A DNA stretch of 62,290 nucleotides, taken from contig JACQCQ010000006.1 of assembly GCA_016201505.1 (NCBI GenBank), positions 1-62,290 of the forward strand, written 5' to 3'. The stretch is from Candidatus Sungiibacteriota bacterium. Its GTDB lineage: Bacteria > Patescibacteriota > Minisyncoccia > Sungbacterales > JACQCQ01. Both the position numbers and the translations under genes were made by a program. The notes beneath the pieces are model-generated. The model searched no databases, was not told where the DNA came from, and saw only the letters and a list, made by a program, of their open reading frames with translations. Shown piece by piece: positions 59,694 to 62,290 of the stretch (positions are counted from its first letter, which is position 1; each line of letters opens with the position of its first letter).

Positions 59694-60422
59694 ATGCGTT
59701 TTTACGAGAACGTTTCGGCGTATCTTTCCACCGTCGATGACGGGCCTATGGGCAGTTCAACCAACCGGGTCGGCCAATATGCCGAGAATCGAGAACGATT
59801 TTTGGCAAAGAACGGCATTGCGCCCGGCCAGCTCGTTTTGGGCGGTCTCGTGTCAAAAGACAGAATTGGTCTCGTGACGAAAGTCCCGCCGACCCAGCGC
59901 GTTCCGGACACCGATGCGCTGGTCACCAAAATCCCTGGCATCGCGCTTGGCATGGTGCATTCCGATTGCTTCCCGGTGTATCTGCGTTGGCCGTCGGGTA
60001 TCGCACTCGTACACGCCGGTTGGCGCGGCATTTCTCTCGGCATCGTATCGAAGACCCTAAAGCGCTTAAAAGCTCTGGGTGTGGATCCCTCGCTGCTCGC
60101 CATCCAGATCGGTGTTGGCATCCAACAATGCCATTTCGTCATGCAGGATGACGAAAATGGCGTGAGTCATTTCCTGAACGATCGCGATCCCTCGCTTGAC
60201 TACCGGCGGCACATTAAAAGGGTGGGCGAGCTGTTCTATGTTGATCTGCGTGCCGTTGCCCTGGTCCAAATCCACGCAACCTATAAAGCCTTCGGCCTTA
60301 CGGTTCTCCCTGGCCAGATGAGAGCCTCGAAAGAATGTTCCTTTTGCGGGGAAGGAAGTTTCTACTCACAACGGAGACAGCCAACTCCAGGCCACAACAA
60401 TCTCTCGGTCATGGTGTGCTGA
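59694..60422 (+). CDS. pgeF: YfiH/PgeF-family (DUF152, laccase-domain) protein
   Basis: TDALVTKIPGIALGMVHSDCFPVYL...ALVHAGWRG matches the D-A-x-x-T...ADC-x-P...HAGWRG signature. Confidence 0.85.
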   Translation: MRFYENVSAYLSTVDDGPMGSSTNRVGQYAENRERFLAKNGIAPGQLVLGGLVSKDRIGLVTKVPPTQRVPDTDALVTKIPGIALGMVHSDCFPVYLRWPSGIALVHAGWRGISLGIVSKTLKRLKALGVDPSLLAIQIGVGIQQCHFVMQDDENGVSHFLNDRDPSLDYRRHIKRVGELFYVDLRAVALVQIHATYKAFGLTVLPGQMRASKECSFCGEGSFYSQRRQPTPGHNNLSVMVC

Positions 60423-60434
60423 AACGACCGAGAT

Positions 60435-60479
60435 CCCCGCGCCGGTCCGCCGGCTGGCGGATCGGCGCGGGGCCTTTTT
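60435..60479 (+). terminator. intrinsic terminator after pgeF
   Basis: CCCCGCGCCG (60435-60444) pairs with CGGCGCGGGG (60463-60472), with an inner stem TCCGCC/GGCGGA, followed by CCTTTTT. Confidence 0.85.
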
Positions 60480-60552
60480 AATTCAGCCCAAATACGTTAT
60501 ACATTCGAGAGGTGGGCTTCATAGTACAGCTCCCATGTCCCGATAGATTTTC

Positions 60553-60626
60553 GGGGATATAGTAAAGTGGCATTACACCTCATTCGCATTGAGGAGGCTC
60601 GGGTTCGATTCCCGATATCTCCACCA
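60553..60626 (+). tRNA. tRNA-Ala (anticodon CGC) with encoded CCA
   Basis: Manual cloverleaf: acceptor GGGGATA/TATCTCC including the G3:U70 alanine identity pair, D stem GTAA/TTAC, anticodon stem CCTCA/TGAGG with loop TTCGCAT, T arm TCGGG-TTCGATT-CCCGA, then ACCA. Confidence 0.88.
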
Positions 60627-62141
60627 ATCGCAACTTTCGCCGTTTTGGGAAAGCATTGCCTCGCGGCTTCGCCGCTCGGCAGGGGCGCGTCCCGCAAGAC
60701 GGGACGCGGCAAAATCCCACGGCTCACCAAACGAAACGGAAACGGATTTGTCCAAAAGTAAGGGGTTCGTTCCGATCTTTTGGACAAATGCCTTGATTTC
60801 AGGAAAACTGTCGCTCGCCGACAGTTTTTCGGCTTTATTAGCGTCTAAAATCCACGCCCGCAAGGGTTGGAGCCAATTCTTTCCCGTTTGTCCAAAATCC
60901 TCCAAATCGTTCGCAAGAGAAACTTTTTGATTCAGAAGTTGCTCCTTTTTCACCAAGTAGTTTTCTTTGGGAATATCGCCGTCAATGTAGGCGGAAACGA
61001 GCTTGTCCAGTTTCTCTTGCGTTTCAGAAAGTTTATTTTTCAGATTCTGGACAAACTTTTGCGACGAGTGATTTTGCTCTCTTTCCCATTCGTCAACTTG
61101 CTTTAACATTTTATCCGTCCACTCATCGCAAATGGCAACGCTTTTGAGCCGTGCCTTCAGTTGCGCGGCAAGGTCTTTTTCTTGAATATACTTTTGCGAA
61201 CACGCGCCTTTCTTTTTGGTACAGCGATAGTAGCGATATATGCCGCCGCACTTGCCGCGCGAAAATTGCGCCGTGATTGCCGAGCCACATTCGCCACAAG
61301 TGAGTAAGCCGGTAAATGGGAAATCGTGGCGTTGTTTGCTTTTTCTTGGTTTCGCTTTACGGCGCAATACTTCCTGCACGGCTTCAAAAAGCGTTGAGGA
61401 AAGAATTGGCTCAAAGCGTCCTTCGTGATATTCGCCCTTGTGCTTCACTAAACCTAAATATGCTTGATTAGTAAGCATTCTTGAAATGGACGCTTTGGCA
61501 AGTGGCGTTCGGTTTTTTGTTTCCAAACCAAGTTCAGCCAAAAACTCCGCCAAACTTCCGAGAGTATGTTTTCCGGTGGCGAATTCCTCAAAAGCGCGAA
61601 CGATAACTTTTGAAAGTGTCGGGTGAGGTTCAATAGTTCTCGTTTTTGTATTATTCACATAACCAAACGGCGCTTTTGTTAGCCATTCGCCACGGCGGAG
61701 TTTTTGGCGGATACCGCGATTGATATTTTCAACCAAGTTATCAGAATAGTATTTTGATTGACCAAACGCCACTTGCAACATGAATAACCCTTGCGGCGTG
61801 GGCTCAAACCAAAATGTCGGAAAGCGCAAAGAAACTATTTTTTGCGTATCCACGAGATAAATGACTTTGCCGCCGTCCACAGAATTACGCGCCAATCTGT
61901 CGGGGTGCCATGCGAGTATTCCAACGCCTTCCATTTTCTCAATTTCGGCAATCATGGCGGCAAACATTTGCCTCCCTGGTTTCTTTGCGCTTTTCGCCTC
62001 GGTAAATTCTGCAAGAATTTCCACATTTTCTCTACGCGCATATTCCCGCAATTCAAAGAGTTGAGCTTCATTACTCATAATTTGGTGGTCGTCATCTTCA
62101 GTTGATTTTCTAGCGTAGAGAAAATATTTTGGTTTGAGCAT
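60573..62141 (-). CDS. large serine recombinase (start taken at MLKPKYFLYARKST; the last roughly 60 codons run through the left repeat and antisense to tRNA-Ala)
   Basis: Resolvase catalytic domain (YARKSTEDDDHQ...HPDRLARN), recombinase domain, zinc ribbon (CGECGSAITAQF...YRYYRC), and a coiled-coil region. Confidence 0.88.
   Translation of the reverse strand: MLKPKYFLYARKSTEDDDHQIMSNEAQLFELREYARRENVEILAEFTEAKSAKKPGRQMFAAMIAEIEKMEGVGILAWHPDRLARNSVDGGKVIYLVDTQKIVSLRFPTFWFEPTPQGLFMLQVAFGQSKYYSDNLVENINRGIRQKLRRGEWLTKAPFGYVNNTKTRTIEPHPTLSKVIVRAFEEFATGKHTLGSLAEFLAELGLETKNRTPLAKASISRMLTNQAYLGLVKHKGEYHEGRFEPILSSTLFEAVQEVLRRKAKPRKSKQRHDFPFTGLLTCGECGSAITAQFSRGKCGGIYRYYRCTKKKGACSQKYIQEKDLAAQLKARLKSVAICDEWTDKMLKQVDEWEREQNHSSQKFVQNLKNKLSETQEKLDKLVSAYIDGDIPKENYLVKKEQLLNQKVSLANDLEDFGQTGKNWLQPLRAWILDANKAEKLSASDSFPEIKAFVQKIGTNPLLLDKSVSVSFGEPWDFAASRLAGRAPAERRSREAMLSQNGESCDWWRYRESNPSLLNANEV
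60637..60760. repeat. left inverted repeat flanking the serine recombinase gene
   Basis: 60637-60681 is 45/45 identical to the reverse complement of 62246-62290. It is followed by a hairpin with a different sequence but equivalent structure, and a second conserved block (AAAATCCCACGG, 60711-60722 versus 62205-62216 reverse complement). Confidence 0.9.
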
Positions 62142-62164
62142 AATTTTATAAATTATTATTTTAG

Positions 62165-62290
62165 ATACGAAAACGACAAATTCATTTCCTTTTCTTTTTG
62201 TTCGCCGTGGGATTTTAGGGCTTTGCGCCTTGCGCAAAGCCCGAATGCCGAGCGGCGAAGCCGCGAGGCAATGCTTTCCCAAAACGGCGA
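62165..62290. repeat. right inverted repeat flanking the serine recombinase gene (runs off the window)
   Basis: It is the reverse complement of the left repeat. Perfect identity extends exactly to the window edge, so the true extent is unknown. Confidence 0.9.

Noticed and set aside
62142-62282. N-terminal 47-codon extension of the serine recombinase ORF (MGKHCLAASPLG...) and the similar plus-strand ORF 60567..60761
   Set aside because: Both are translations of the two inverted-repeat copies, hence their similar peptides. The resolvase domain starts at MLKPKYFLYARKST (62141).

Overview
The gene content suggests a streamlined Patescibacteria/CPR-like bacterium. This is an inference from tight or overlapping genes, apparently leaderless starts, PrgI/VirB4 genes, four-helix-bundle and GIY-YIG inserts, and PaaX/Cas2-like regulators. 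The window spans the chromosomal replication origin: dnaN and dnaA run on the minus strand, an AT-rich region with DnaA boxes lies between them, and rpmH-rnpA-yidD-yidC-jag run on the plus strand. Housekeeping genes recognised are uvrB, rpsT, holA, mutM, polA, tsaE, pilB-type ATPase, ruvB, yebC, ruvC, tyrS, a class A PBP, rsmA, pcrA, comM, pnp, rpsO, cca, pgeF and four tRNAs, plus a CsoR/P-type ATPase copper module. Six accessory or unusual features stand out. (1) A 13.5-kb minus-strand operon (30606-44099) encodes a VirB4/PrgI-based secretion or DNA-uptake apparatus built mostly from unrecognisable secreted and membrane proteins. Its VirB4 is split in two by a GIY-YIG ORF, and a four-helix-bundle gene cassette is inserted between two other genes. 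(2) Three paralogous wHTH/Cas2-PaaX-like proteins with hydrophobic N-termini are each bracketed by cognate perfect palindromes. The palindrome core co-varies between the two ends of each gene, and the same palindrome family brackets a C39-like peptidase gene. (3) Word-like palindromic repeats occur as an ORF-carrying cassette, as an empty hairpin, and as in-frame insertions in pcrA, a Xer-type recombinase gene and probably cca. (4) A large serine recombinase gene beside tRNA-Ala is flanked by about 125-nt inverted repeats whose outer 45 nt are identical; the right repeat runs off the window. (5) Two long non-coding stretches (16.6-17.3 kb and 47.1-47.6 kb) are rich in hairpins and may encode unassigned RNAs. 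(6) A -10 hexamer lies 6-7 nt upstream of the ATG at many genes, consistent with leaderless mRNAs. No rRNA, CRISPR array or recognisable defence system was seen.
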